Source: an uncultured Bacteroidota bacterium (GTDB lineage Bacteria > Bacteroidota > Bacteroidia > Bacteroidales > CAIWKO01). Taken from it: a stretch of 54,847 bases of DNA. Where the stretch lies: the NCBI GenBank assembly GCA_937934705.1, contig CALGYY010000047.1, forward strand, positions 1 through 54,847, given 5' to 3'. The position numbers were made by a program, and so were the translations under genes. Below the pieces are notes generated by a model. That model saw nothing but the letters and a program-made list of their open reading frames with translations, was not told the DNA's origin and made no database searches. Of this stretch, positions 44,491 to 53,189 are shown in pieces. Within the stretch, counting starts at the first letter, position 1; each line of letters opens with the position of its first letter.

Positions 44491-45171
44491 ATGGCAACTC
44501 ACCTTTGTACTTCCTGCCCGCTCAAATCTCCTGCTGCCCGCAACCTGACAGATGAGGAACTCGGGATACTTGAAAAGAACAGCGCCTTGGTGCATTTTAA
44601 GAAAGGAGAGATCATTTTCCGGGAGGATGCATTATCGACCAATGTGGCCTATCTGCGGACCGGTATTGCCAAGATTCACAAAAGGGGGCCAGCTGCGGAT
44701 AAGATCCTCAGGGTTGTGAAAGCGCCCACCTATCTGGGTATCCCGACCAGTATGGGAGAAAAGATCAACCAGTTTTCTGCGACTGCACTGGTGGAAACAA
44801 GTGTCTGTTTTATCGACACCAATCTGTTCCGCAATTTTATTTTCCAGAACGGTGCATTTGCTTACGAAATCATCATGGAGCTTTGCCGTCATGAGCTCAA
44901 TGACTACCAGCGTTTCACTTCACAGTCCCAAAAACAGGTTCCGGGTATTGTTGCCGAGACCCTGCTTTGTTTCTCGGAAAAGATTTTCGCCAACACCCGT
45001 TTTCAGTTTCCGCTCACCCGCGGAGAGATCGGGGACCTCGTAGGAACCTCCCGCGAAAGTGTAAGCAGGGTTCTCACCGATCTGGCCGGTGAAGGGATTA
45101 TTACCTATGACGCCAGGGAGATCACGATTCTGGATCCGGAGCGTTTGAAGCAGATCAGTGATAAGGGTTGA
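44491..45171 (+). CDS. Crp/Fnr family transcriptional regulator
   Basis: 226 aa. cNMP-binding-like beta-barrel (FKKGEIIFREDA), C-terminal HTH (LTRGEIGDLVGTSRESVSRVLTDL) and an N-terminal CTSC pair. Confidence 0.85.
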   Translation: MATHLCTSCPLKSPAARNLTDEELGILEKNSALVHFKKGEIIFREDALSTNVAYLRTGIAKIHKRGPAADKILRVVKAPTYLGIPTSMGEKINQFSATALVETSVCFIDTNLFRNFIFQNGAFAYEIIMELCRHELNDYQRFTSQSQKQVPGIVAETLLCFSEKIFANTRFQFPLTRGEIGDLVGTSRESVSRVLTDLAGEGIITYDAREITILDPERLKQISDKG

Positions 45172-45224
45172 TGATTGTTCGTTAACGCATGACAGCCCTG
45201 CCTTCAGCGATCAGCCCTAAAAAA

Positions 45225-45248
45225 AAACGGGGACTTTCATCCCCGTTT
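45225..45248. terminator. Bidirectional rho-independent terminator between convergent genes
   Basis: Perfect 9-bp stem AAACGGGGA / TCCCCGTTT with a 6-nt loop, preceded by an A run (45220-45227). Lies between the regulator stop (45171) and the peptidase stop (45269). Confidence 0.7.
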
Positions 45249-45268
45249 CACATACACGATTATCATTA

Positions 45269-46933
45269 TTATTTGATGCCCAGCACCTCTTTCCCCTGCT
45301 CGAAGACAATATCCACGGGGATATTGGCTGATTTGAGAGCATCCAGTTCTTTCTGCAATTCGGCACTGATGGTGGCATTGGCATCAAGGTACTTTTTGGC
45401 GCCTTCATAATCGCCCGTTCCCTGGAAGGTCAGGATCTGTGCTGCCCAGGCATCAACGGCCGCTTTGGTCTTTTCAAAATCAACCTTGTACAGACCATTG
45501 GCATCACGGGTAAAGGCTCCCTGCGCCTGGAAGAAGTTGAAGCACATCATATTGGCCTTGCCATGGGAACTGGCTGCACCGAAGCGTACGCTTCTGAAAA
45601 TCCCGGCCATATAGGTTACGTAGCAATCTTCTTTGGTAATGCCATCGATCTGTTTCATGTCGATAAGTTTCGTCGCCATATATAAACCGAGAATATCCGC
45701 TTTGGCTTCTTCGAAAGCGCTGTAAACATCTTTCATCGCATCGCGGACCATGCCTTTGTTGTTGATGGTCTTCTTGATACCAAGTCCGTGAGCCACTTCA
45801 TGAAACATCACATTATTAAAGAAAGCATCAAACTTAATGTTAGGGGTCTGCGATTTGTCCATGAGCTTTTCTGCGATCGGCACGAGAATATTGTCGAATT
45901 TGGCCTTCATGGAATTCTTCAGCTGAAGCCTGCGGGAACCGGCTTTAAGCTGGACTTCCTCATCATTGGGCAGGTTGATGGCAATGGTTTTACTTCCGGC
46001 ATTGCAATCACCTGCATAGTAAACGGCATCATACACGCCAAGGTCAGACAGTGTTCCCGGCACTTCGGCCTTGAACTTCGGATCAACCGGCAGTTCTTTC
46101 TGCAGCTGAGGCAGCAGGGCAATGTATTTATCGAGCTTTTTGCTCCATTCCATATCCTTGATCAGAACAAAGGCCTCGAAAGCAGCTTTGTATTCAAAGA
46201 GACCATCTTCATAATTCTCTATCGGGCCGACAACAAAATCGATACGGTTGGTCTTCATTTCCATCCAGGCAAAATCGCTGGGCTGGTAATTTGAAGTTAA
46301 CAGTGCTTCTGCGCGAAGTTCCAGGTACTTCTTCAGTCCGGCATCTTCTGCCAGGGTTGCGGCTTTTTTTATCAGATCTGAAGCTTTTTTGAGTTTTTCC
46401 TGATAGGCTTCATGATACCATACCACTTTCAGGCTTTTGTCATCATTGCGGCGGATCAGCGTATAGAGACTGGTTTTGTTGCTGTCGGCCAGAGCTTCAA
46501 ATTCCTCTTTGGTCATATCTGCAGGATAGAAATTGGCTCCTGCCGGTTTTTCCCCATACTTTTCAATGAAGGCTTTGTTGTCGTTGAGGCGTTCCCAGGG
46601 GCCATAGTTGATCATAGCAAATTTCCGGGTGTTCTCATTCTGAATGCTGTCGAGAAAAGACTTTTGGGGCACAGAAAGGGTCTGCTCCCAGTAGAGTTCG
46701 TCCATGATCTGAGCCACGTCGATGAGGATGGAGATCATCTGTTTTTCCTGATCACTCAGCCGGCTCAGATCAGCGGTGAGCTTCACGGTGGCAAATTCGG
46801 CGACTTTAGCAGCCATTAGGGAATCTTCCTTGGGATCGGTTTTGCAATCCTTCTTTTCTGCAGGGCCGCAGCCCGTCATCACTGCAGCGGAAAGCACCGC
46901 CAGCAGCAGCATGGTCATGGTTTTTCTGATCAT
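45269..46933 (-). CDS. Lipoprotein, dipeptidyl-peptidase III (M49)-like zinc hydrolase
   Basis: 554 aa. Lipobox VMTGCG. Zinc motifs FHEVAHGLG and FEEAKADILG resemble M49 motif 1 (here the five-residue HExxH) and motif 2 (EExxAE/D). Confidence 0.65.
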   Translation of the reverse strand: MIRKTMTMLLLAVLSAAVMTGCGPAEKKDCKTDPKEDSLMAAKVAEFATVKLTADLSRLSDQEKQMISILIDVAQIMDELYWEQTLSVPQKSFLDSIQNENTRKFAMINYGPWERLNDNKAFIEKYGEKPAGANFYPADMTKEEFEALADSNKTSLYTLIRRNDDKSLKVVWYHEAYQEKLKKASDLIKKAATLAEDAGLKKYLELRAEALLTSNYQPSDFAWMEMKTNRIDFVVGPIENYEDGLFEYKAAFEAFVLIKDMEWSKKLDKYIALLPQLQKELPVDPKFKAEVPGTLSDLGVYDAVYYAGDCNAGSKTIAINLPNDEEVQLKAGSRRLQLKNSMKAKFDNILVPIAEKLMDKSQTPNIKFDAFFNNVMFHEVAHGLGIKKTINNKGMVRDAMKDVYSAFEEAKADILGLYMATKLIDMKQIDGITKEDCYVTYMAGIFRSVRFGAASSHGKANMMCFNFFQAQGAFTRDANGLYKVDFEKTKAAVDAWAAQILTFQGTGDYEGAKKYLDANATISAELQKELDALKSANIPVDIVFEQGKEVLGIK

Positions 46934-47060
46934 ATGAATTCACTTTTAACAATTAGTTGTACAATTATTGATAGCGAAAGTAGTTATTTTTTCAGCTTAC
47001 TTTTTCATCCGCATTCTATTTTATGTACATCATACCTTAAAAAGGGTAAAAAAACATCCC

Positions 47061-47540
47061 ATGACAAAAACGATCTTTCTGTTACTTTCGCTGTCCGCTT
47101 TTGCGGCCACGGCCCAGAATCAGCTTGGCAATGAGCCGGGCGGAAACAATCCGGTCAACAACATCGAAACTCAGGTGGCCCTTAACACTGACAACAACCC
47201 GGTACAGATTTACCAGAATCCTCCGGTGCAGTACCAGCAGGTACAGATCAATCAAAACCCTCCTGATCATTATCAGCAGTTCCGGGTACGGACCAACCCG
47301 GTGAATGACCATCCTCAGCAAATCAATACGCCGCAACAGGTGCAGCAAAAGGCGGGGCAGAGTATCCGGATCAGTTCCACTGGCGGAAGTTCGGGGATGT
47401 CGTCAGGAAAAGCAGTGAAAAAATCAAACAAGAAAAGTATGGCCTGGAAGGTCAAAAAGGCGCTGGATCGTTTATCAGATCACCACAGGGTGAAGAAACA
47501 CTATTCAAAAAGGGGCAAAAAGCACTGCAGCCGCTTCTGA
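47061..47540 (+). CDS. Secreted low-complexity Q/N/P-rich protein with a lysine-rich tail
   Basis: The Met at 47061 gives MTKTIFLLLSLSAFAATAQ. Contains NPV/NPP...YQQ repeats. The basic tail ends KRGKKHCSRF. Confidence 0.5.
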   Translation: MTKTIFLLLSLSAFAATAQNQLGNEPGGNNPVNNIETQVALNTDNNPVQIYQNPPVQYQQVQINQNPPDHYQQFRVRTNPVNDHPQQINTPQQVQQKAGQSIRISSTGGSSGMSSGKAVKKSNKKSMAWKVKKALDRLSDHHRVKKHYSKRGKKHCSRF

Positions 47541-47564
47541 GGTTTGAGTGTTTACGGGCTTCTG

Positions 47565-48266
47565 TCAGTTTGTGATGGGCCGCTTTCTTTTCATCAGCAC
47601 CTTATCGTAGAGTATCCACAATATTGGGACACCCATATTGGATTCCACGAGGCTGTTGATCAGCATTACATCCATGGATCCGGGTCTGATGCCGGCGATC
47701 CACAGCGAAGATTCCATCATGAAATGACAGAGGAAGCCGACCATGAAAAGATACAGTATGGTCTTTAAAGGGTAGCGCAGAATAAACAGCAAGAGGTAGC
47801 CGGCCACCACGATGAGGCTTTGCGTGAGGCGCGAATCGCCCATATGCCGCAGGGTAACAAACTCGGCGTCTTTAAAGGGGATCCATTGCGACAGAAGACC
47901 TACCAGGATCCAGCCTCCCCACAGCAGGAGGGTCCACCAGAGACCTTCTTTCCGGCGTTCGAACATCAGGAACATCCAGCTGAACATCAGTCCATAGGAG
48001 AAGCTGAACCAGAACATGAAGGTGAATACCCTCCAGTACTGCGGCCAGGAAGACAGGAAGCTTTCAGGCAAGGTCAGTTCCCTGATGCTGAAAACCTGCA
48101 GCCAGAACCCCCAGTCGATGATCATTATGGCCAGACCGCCCAGCCAGAACGCGACGAGGGGAATGGTCTTGCGATAACGGAACATGAGCACATGAAAGAT
48201 CGCCAGAAATATAAGATCGAAAAAGATATAATCAATACCGAAAGTGCGGATAACATCGTGGTTCAT
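47565..48266 (-). CDS. Polytopic membrane protein, unknown function
   Basis: The ORF is open to 48365. The Met at 48266 (MNHDVIRTFGIDYIFFDLIF) avoids overlap with the upstream gene. About 7 hydrophobic, Trp-rich segments. Confidence 0.55.
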   Translation of the reverse strand: MNHDVIRTFGIDYIFFDLIFLAIFHVLMFRYRKTIPLVAFWLGGLAIMIIDWGFWLQVFSIRELTLPESFLSSWPQYWRVFTFMFWFSFSYGLMFSWMFLMFERRKEGLWWTLLLWGGWILVGLLSQWIPFKDAEFVTLRHMGDSRLTQSLIVVAGYLLLFILRYPLKTILYLFMVGFLCHFMMESSLWIAGIRPGSMDVMLINSLVESNMGVPILWILYDKVLMKRKRPITN

Positions 48267-48304
48267 TGTACAATCAGATTTTAAAAAGATCCGTGCGGGG
48301 CAGT

Positions 48305-48742
48305 TTATCCCATAGCGCCGAAAAAGCCCCACTGGCCCTTGTACTTCCTCAGCATCACGGTGCAATAGTGTGCATATCCGGAGACCCTGAGGACACGGAA
48401 CATGACTTCGTATTCGTCTTCAGCCAGTTTCCGGGATTTTTCGAAGCTGATGGCGGAAATATCCGGCAGCCGGGTATTGGTAAAGCCCTTGGAATGGACC
48501 ACATCTTCATACCCGCTGAAGAACTCGTCGATGAATTGCTCCTGATCCTTTTTTAATAGTTTTTTATATTGCAGCTTCATATATTCATTATCCATGTATT
48601 CCATCACACTGTCGTAATGGTGAGTCATCACTGCCTTTTCGAAGCGGCTTACAAAATTCCGGGCATCATCCGGCAGGTTCTCCTGGGCAGAAACTGTGGC
48701 TGCCATCAGAAAAGCGATCAGGACACTCATTGCTGTTTTCAT
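48305..48742 (-). CDS. Hypothetical secreted protein
   Basis: 145 aa. Signal peptide MKTAMSVLIAFLMAATVSAQ. No family recognised. Confidence 0.5.
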   Translation of the reverse strand: MKTAMSVLIAFLMAATVSAQENLPDDARNFVSRFEKAVMTHHYDSVMEYMDNEYMKLQYKKLLKKDQEQFIDEFFSGYEDVVHSKGFTNTRLPDISAISFEKSRKLAEDEYEVMFRVLRVSGYAHYCTVMLRKYKGQWGFFGAMG

Positions 48743-48821
48743 GGGTTTATTTTTTTGGGGGGCTTTCTGCTTTCATTCAATCAATCACTGCATCGTATCC
48801 GGTCTTTGTGCTAAATCTGTT

Positions 48822-49634
48822 TCAGAGTGTCGACAGGAGTTCTTTCAGGATAAGGGTCATTTTGGGTTCTGATTCGCTGGCTGCTTTGATGACCTCCTCA
48901 TGTGAAACTTCGCAGACGACGCCTTCCACTCCCAGGTCGGTAATGACTGAAACGGCGAATACCGGCAATTTCATATGCCTTGCCACGATGACTTCCGGGA
49001 CGGTGGACATCCCCACACAATCAGCTCCGATGCGGTGAAAGTAGCGGTATTCTGCCGGAGTTTCAAAGCAGGGTCCTGAAACAGCGGCATAGATGCCGTA
49101 GCGGACATTGATGCCGTTTTCGGCTGCGATTTTCCCGGCCTTTTCAACGAGTGACTTGTCATATGCATCATGCATATCGGGAAAGCGGGGACCGAGTTCT
49201 TCTTCATTCTTCCCGATCAGGGGATTGGTGGGCATGAGGTTGATGTGATCGGTGATGATCATGATATCGCCCACGCTGAAAGCGGGGTTCATACCCCCGC
49301 TGGCATTTGAAACGACAAGGAGTTCGATACCCAGAAACTTCATTACCCTTACGGGAAAAGTCAGTTCCTGCATGGTCCAGCCTTCATAGAAATGAAAGCG
49401 TCCCTGCATGGCCACCACCTGTTTTCCGCCCAGTTTGCCAAAAATGAGCTGTCCTTTGTGTCCCACCACTGTGGATACCGGAAAATTGGGGATATCGCCG
49501 TAAGGGATAGTCGTTTCGGTTTCGATTTCATTCACCAGGCCACCGAGACCGGTTCCGAGGATAATACCTACTTCAGGCTTACTTTTAATCCTCTTTTGGA
49601 TGAATTCAACGCTTTGTCTGATGTTTTCCAGCAT
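48822..49634 (-). CDS. Purine nucleoside phosphorylase (trimeric PNP-I type)
   Basis: The Met at 49634 (MLENIRQSVEFI) is a likely start. Motifs GIILGTGLGGL, VGHKGQLIFG, GRFHFYEG, SNASGG and GMSTVPEVIVARH. Confidence 0.9.
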   Translation of the reverse strand: MLENIRQSVEFIQKRIKSKPEVGIILGTGLGGLVNEIETETTIPYGDIPNFPVSTVVGHKGQLIFGKLGGKQVVAMQGRFHFYEGWTMQELTFPVRVMKFLGIELLVVSNASGGMNPAFSVGDIMIITDHINLMPTNPLIGKNEEELGPRFPDMHDAYDKSLVEKAGKIAAENGINVRYGIYAAVSGPCFETPAEYRYFHRIGADCVGMSTVPEVIVARHMKLPVFAVSVITDLGVEGVVCEVSHEEVIKAASESEPKMTLILKELLSTL

Positions 49635-50679
49635 ATTCCAGTACTTGTTTGTCGAACCATGTCTTGTCCTCATTAAAAAACTCCACTTCTATGGGCTGAT
49701 AGTACAGCGGGAGGTCCCTGATTGCGCCTGCCAGCGCGGGATCTTCAAGCCTCATGCAGTCTTTCTCTGTGGTGACAAGGATCTTGTTTTTGCCTACAAT
49801 ATTAGTAAATCTTTCGCGGATTTCCATGACTTCCTTTGAAGTGTAGCGGTGATGATCGGGGAAGCGCATGGTTTCCAGGTAGGTGCAGCAGCGCCGGATG
49901 TGTTCCTCCAGGGGATACATGTTGGCGATGCCGGCAAACAGGAGTATGGAAGATACTTTTTTGATATCGGCGCAGGGAGGTGTGTTTTCAGGAAAAAAGG
50001 GCTGAAGAGGCCCGTAACCTATTCGTGAAAAATAAATCCTCTGATGCGCAGCAGGTTTAAGATTGCGTATATAATTTTTTCGGTCGATGGGCGCAAGGAC
50101 CGGAGGGCACTTGGTAACGATGATAATATCCGCCCTTCGTGCGCCGCTCCGGAACTCCCGGAGCATGCCGGAAGGAAGCACGCGATCTTTGAAATAGGGC
50201 TGAAAATAGTCGGTCAGCAGAATGTTCAGCCCGGGTTTCACATAGCGGTGCTGATAGGCATCATCCAGTAACACCAGACCTGCAGGAGGTGTCTCCAGCA
50301 GGAGGCGACGGATTCCGTGGACTCTTCTTTCATCAACAGCAACGTAAATTTCGGGGAATTTGCGGACGAACTGACAGGGCTCATCTCCTATTTCAGCAGA
50401 TGAACAGTTTCCGCTGGCCATCAGATAGCCCTGTGTTTTTCTGCCGTAACCACGGCTCAGGGTGGCCAAGCCCTTGTGATACGGTTTCAGCAGTCGGATC
50501 AGGTATTCAATGTGGGGTGTTTTTCCGGTACCCCCGGCTGACAAATTTCCGACGGAGACGACGGGAATATCAAACGATACAGAAGGCAGGAGGCGCATGT
50601 CAAACAGTTTGTTGCGCGCCCATCCTCCCAGTCCGTAAAGCAATGAAAAAGGTAAGAGTAAAGCTTTTCCCGCATTCAT
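49606..50679 (-). CDS. lpxK: Tetraacyldisaccharide 4'-kinase
   Basis: 357 aa. P-loop VGNLSAGGTGKTP, SRGYGRK and LLDDAYQH motifs. Confidence 0.9.
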   Translation of the reverse strand: MNAGKALLLPFSLLYGLGGWARNKLFDMRLLPSVSFDIPVVSVGNLSAGGTGKTPHIEYLIRLLKPYHKGLATLSRGYGRKTQGYLMASGNCSSAEIGDEPCQFVRKFPEIYVAVDERRVHGIRRLLLETPPAGLVLLDDAYQHRYVKPGLNILLTDYFQPYFKDRVLPSGMLREFRSGARRADIIIVTKCPPVLAPIDRKNYIRNLKPAAHQRIYFSRIGYGPLQPFFPENTPPCADIKKVSSILLFAGIANMYPLEEHIRRCCTYLETMRFPDHHRYTSKEVMEIRERFTNIVGKNKILVTTEKDCMRLEDPALAGAIRDLPLYYQPIEVEFFNEDKTWFDKQVLEYAGKHQTKR

Positions 50680-50989
50680 TGGCCTAAAGTACGCTAAAAG
50701 ACAGGTGAAATCAATACGTTAATTCCCGTGAATTGTTTCACAATTCCAAACATTTATCAGAAACCTGTACTCTTAGTCCTGTATGCTAAATATGAAACAG
50801 ACTTATTTCTTATTCCGGCATGCATGAATAAGCAGCGGGTATTAATGCCCGCTCGTCGTCCTGAATTCATATCCAATAGCTGTTCAATGAATACAGATTC
50901 CGGGTATGCCCCCGAATTTTTCAAGGGATTGCCTGTCGGGTAATAAAAACAAATTACATTTATGCTGTTAATTTAATCACAACCACACC

Positions 50990-52603
50990 ATGAGCACTTT
51001 TATTTATGAAAAACCTTTTCAGATTGGAAAGGACAGCACGCAGTACCGCTTATTGAGCAAGGACTACGTAAAATCCATCGAACTAGACGGAAGACAGGTG
51101 CTGAAAGTCGATCCACGTGCACTGGAGCTTCTGGCGCGTGAGGCCGTTTCAGATCTGTCGTTCTTCCTGCGCAGCTCACATCTTGAAAAAGTTGCGGCCA
51201 TCCTGAAAGATCCGGAGGCTACCCCGAACGATCGTTTTGTTGCCCATGTCATGCTAAAGAACACGATCATTTCTGCAAAAGGTGAACTGCCCTGGTGCCA
51301 GGACACCGGGACAGCCATAGTGATGGGAAAGAAGGGGGAGCAGGTGTGGACTGGGGCTGATGATGCGGAATATTTGTCAAAAGGAGTTTATACTACCTAT
51401 AATGAGAAGAATCTGAGGTATTCACAGGTTGTTCCCTTCAGTATGTTTGAAGAAAAGAACACCGGAACCAATCTGCCTGCTCAGATCGACATATACGCCT
51501 GTCAGGGTATGCGTTATGAGTTTCTGTTCATTACCAAAGGCGGCGGATCTGCCAATAAGACCTTCCTTTATCAGCAAACGAAATCCCTGCTGAATGAGGA
51601 GTCTCTCACGCGCTTTGTCCGGGAGAAGATCAAAGATCTCGGCACCTCTGCCTGTCCGCCCTACCATCTGGCTCTGGTGATCGGCGGGACTTCAGCCGAA
51701 GCCACCCTGAAAGCGGTCAAGGCCGCTTCGGCGGGTTATTATGATCATCTGCCGGAGAGTGGCAGTGAGGGGGGAAGAGCTTTCCGTGATCCGGAATGGG
51801 AGGCCCGGATTGAGCAGATCTGCAGGGAATATGGAGTGGGAGCACAATTCGGAGGCAAATACTTCGTGCATGATGTAAGGGTGATCCGACTGCCCCGGCA
51901 TGCGGCCTCCTGCCCGGTCGGCCTGGGCGTCAGCTGTTCCGCCGACCGCAACATCAAAGCATATATCAGTCAGGACGGGATTTTCCTGGAAGAACTCGAA
52001 CGCAATCCGGCCCGTTTCCTTCCCGCTGAATCCCCGCTTGCCGCTGAACCGGTGAAGATCGATCTGGACCGGCCCATAAAAGAAGTGCTTGCTGATCTCA
52101 GCAAACATCCGGTCAAAACCCGTCTGAGTCTTAGCGGAACCCTGATCGTTGCCCGGGACATTGCCCATGCACGGATCAAACAACTGCTGGACGAAGGCAA
52201 GCCCATGCCGGAATATTTCAAAAACCATCCGATCTATTACGCCGGGCCTGCGAAAACGCCTCCTGGCATGCCCTCAGGGAGCTTCGGACCCACCACGGCC
52301 GGCAGGATGGACACTTATGTTGATCTTTTCCAGAGTTTGGGTGGCTCCCTCATCATGCTGGCCAAGGGAAACCGTTCCCGCGCTGTGATTGATGCCTGTA
52401 AAAAGTACGGCGGATTTTACCTGGGATCGATCGGTGGCCCCGCAGCAATACTGGCCGCAGAACACATCCGTTCTGTTGAGTTAGTTGATTTCGAGGAACT
52501 TGGCATGGAGGCTGTAAGGAAAATCAGGGTTGAGAATATGCCTGCTTTCATTATCACGGATGATAAAGGGAATGACTTTTTCGATGAATACAATCAGCGC
52601 TGA
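50990..52603 (+). CDS. Class I (Fe-S, oxygen-labile) fumarate hydratase, fused alpha+beta type
   Basis: 537 aa. [25 protein letters not shown] and the C-terminal beta domain GPTTAGRMD...MLAKGNRS. Confidence 0.92.
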   Translation: MSTFIYEKPFQIGKDSTQYRLLSKDYVKSIELDGRQVLKVDPRALELLAREAVSDLSFFLRSSHLEKVAAILKDPEATPNDRFVAHVMLKNTIISAKGELPWCQDTGTAIVMGKKGEQVWTGADDAEYLSKGVYTTYNEKNLRYSQVVPFSMFEEKNTGTNLPAQIDIYACQGMRYEFLFITKGGGSANKTFLYQQTKSLLNEESLTRFVREKIKDLGTSACPPYHLALVIGGTSAEATLKAVKAASAGYYDHLPESGSEGGRAFRDPEWEARIEQICREYGVGAQFGGKYFVHDVRVIRLPRHAASCPVGLGVSCSADRNIKAYISQDGIFLEELERNPARFLPAESPLAAEPVKIDLDRPIKEVLADLSKHPVKTRLSLSGTLIVARDIAHARIKQLLDEGKPMPEYFKNHPIYYAGPAKTPPGMPSGSFGPTTAGRMDTYVDLFQSLGGSLIMLAKGNRSRAVIDACKKYGGFYLGSIGGPAAILAAEHIRSVELVDFEELGMEAVRKIRVENMPAFIITDDKGNDFFDEYNQR

Positions 52604-52725
52604 TATTTCTTACATCCACAAAATCATACCCTTGAGGGGACAAAGACCCCGGACCTGATTTTTGCATAAAGATTAATTATTTCATAAAAAAGAAGGGGTG
52701 ATGTTAAAAGGGATCAGAATTAGTC

Positions 52726-52733
52726 TACCTTTG
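52726..52733 (+). promoter_or_regulatory. Candidate -7 box (TAccTTTG) for the RRM protein gene
   Basis: Matches the Bacteroidota TAnnTTTG consensus 35 bp upstream of the ATG at 52768. Confidence 0.45.
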
Positions 52734-52767
52734 CCAAAATTTTAATTATCAAACATTTTAATTAAGT

Positions 52768-53127
52768 ATGAAAATTTTTGTCGGCAGTCTTCCTTTTAGC
52801 TTAGAGGAAACTGAATTAAGAGAATTCTTTGAAGAGTATGGCGAAGTAGCGTCAGCAGTAATCATTTCCGATAAGTTTACGGGAAGAAGCAAAGGCTTCG
52901 GTTTTGTTGAAATGCCGGACGATGAACAGGCCCAGAAAGCGATCAATGAATTGAACGGTGCCACGGTCAGCGGCCGTACCATTGTGGTAAACAAAGCTGA
53001 AGAAAAACGCGACAACAATCGCGGCGGCGGCGGCGGATTCAACCGTGGCGGCGGCGGTGGATATAACAAAGGCGGATTCAACAAAGGTGGCGGTGGATAC
53101 AATAAAAACCGCAACGACCGCTATTAA
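52768..53127 (+). CDS. RRM-type RNA-binding protein with a Gly-rich tail
   Basis: 119 aa. RNP2 KIFVGSL, RNP1 KGFGFVEM, and a C-terminal RGGGGG/NKGG repeat. Confidence 0.9.
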   Translation: MKIFVGSLPFSLEETELREFFEEYGEVASAVIISDKFTGRSKGFGFVEMPDDEQAQKAINELNGATVSGRTIVVNKAEEKRDNNRGGGGGFNRGGGGGYNKGGFNKGGGGYNKNRNDRY

Positions 53128-53149
53128 GAGTATTCTCTTTTATAAAAAG

Positions 53150-53180
53150 AAGGGGCTGTAGTTCGATACAGCCCCTTTTT
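53150..53180. terminator. Bidirectional rho-independent terminator
   Basis: 11-bp stem AAGGGGCTGTA / TACAGCCCCTT with loop gttcga, T-run 53176-53180 and an upstream A-run. Lies between convergent genes ending at 53127 and 53190. Confidence 0.75.
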
Positions 53181-53189
53181 CTTTGTCCC

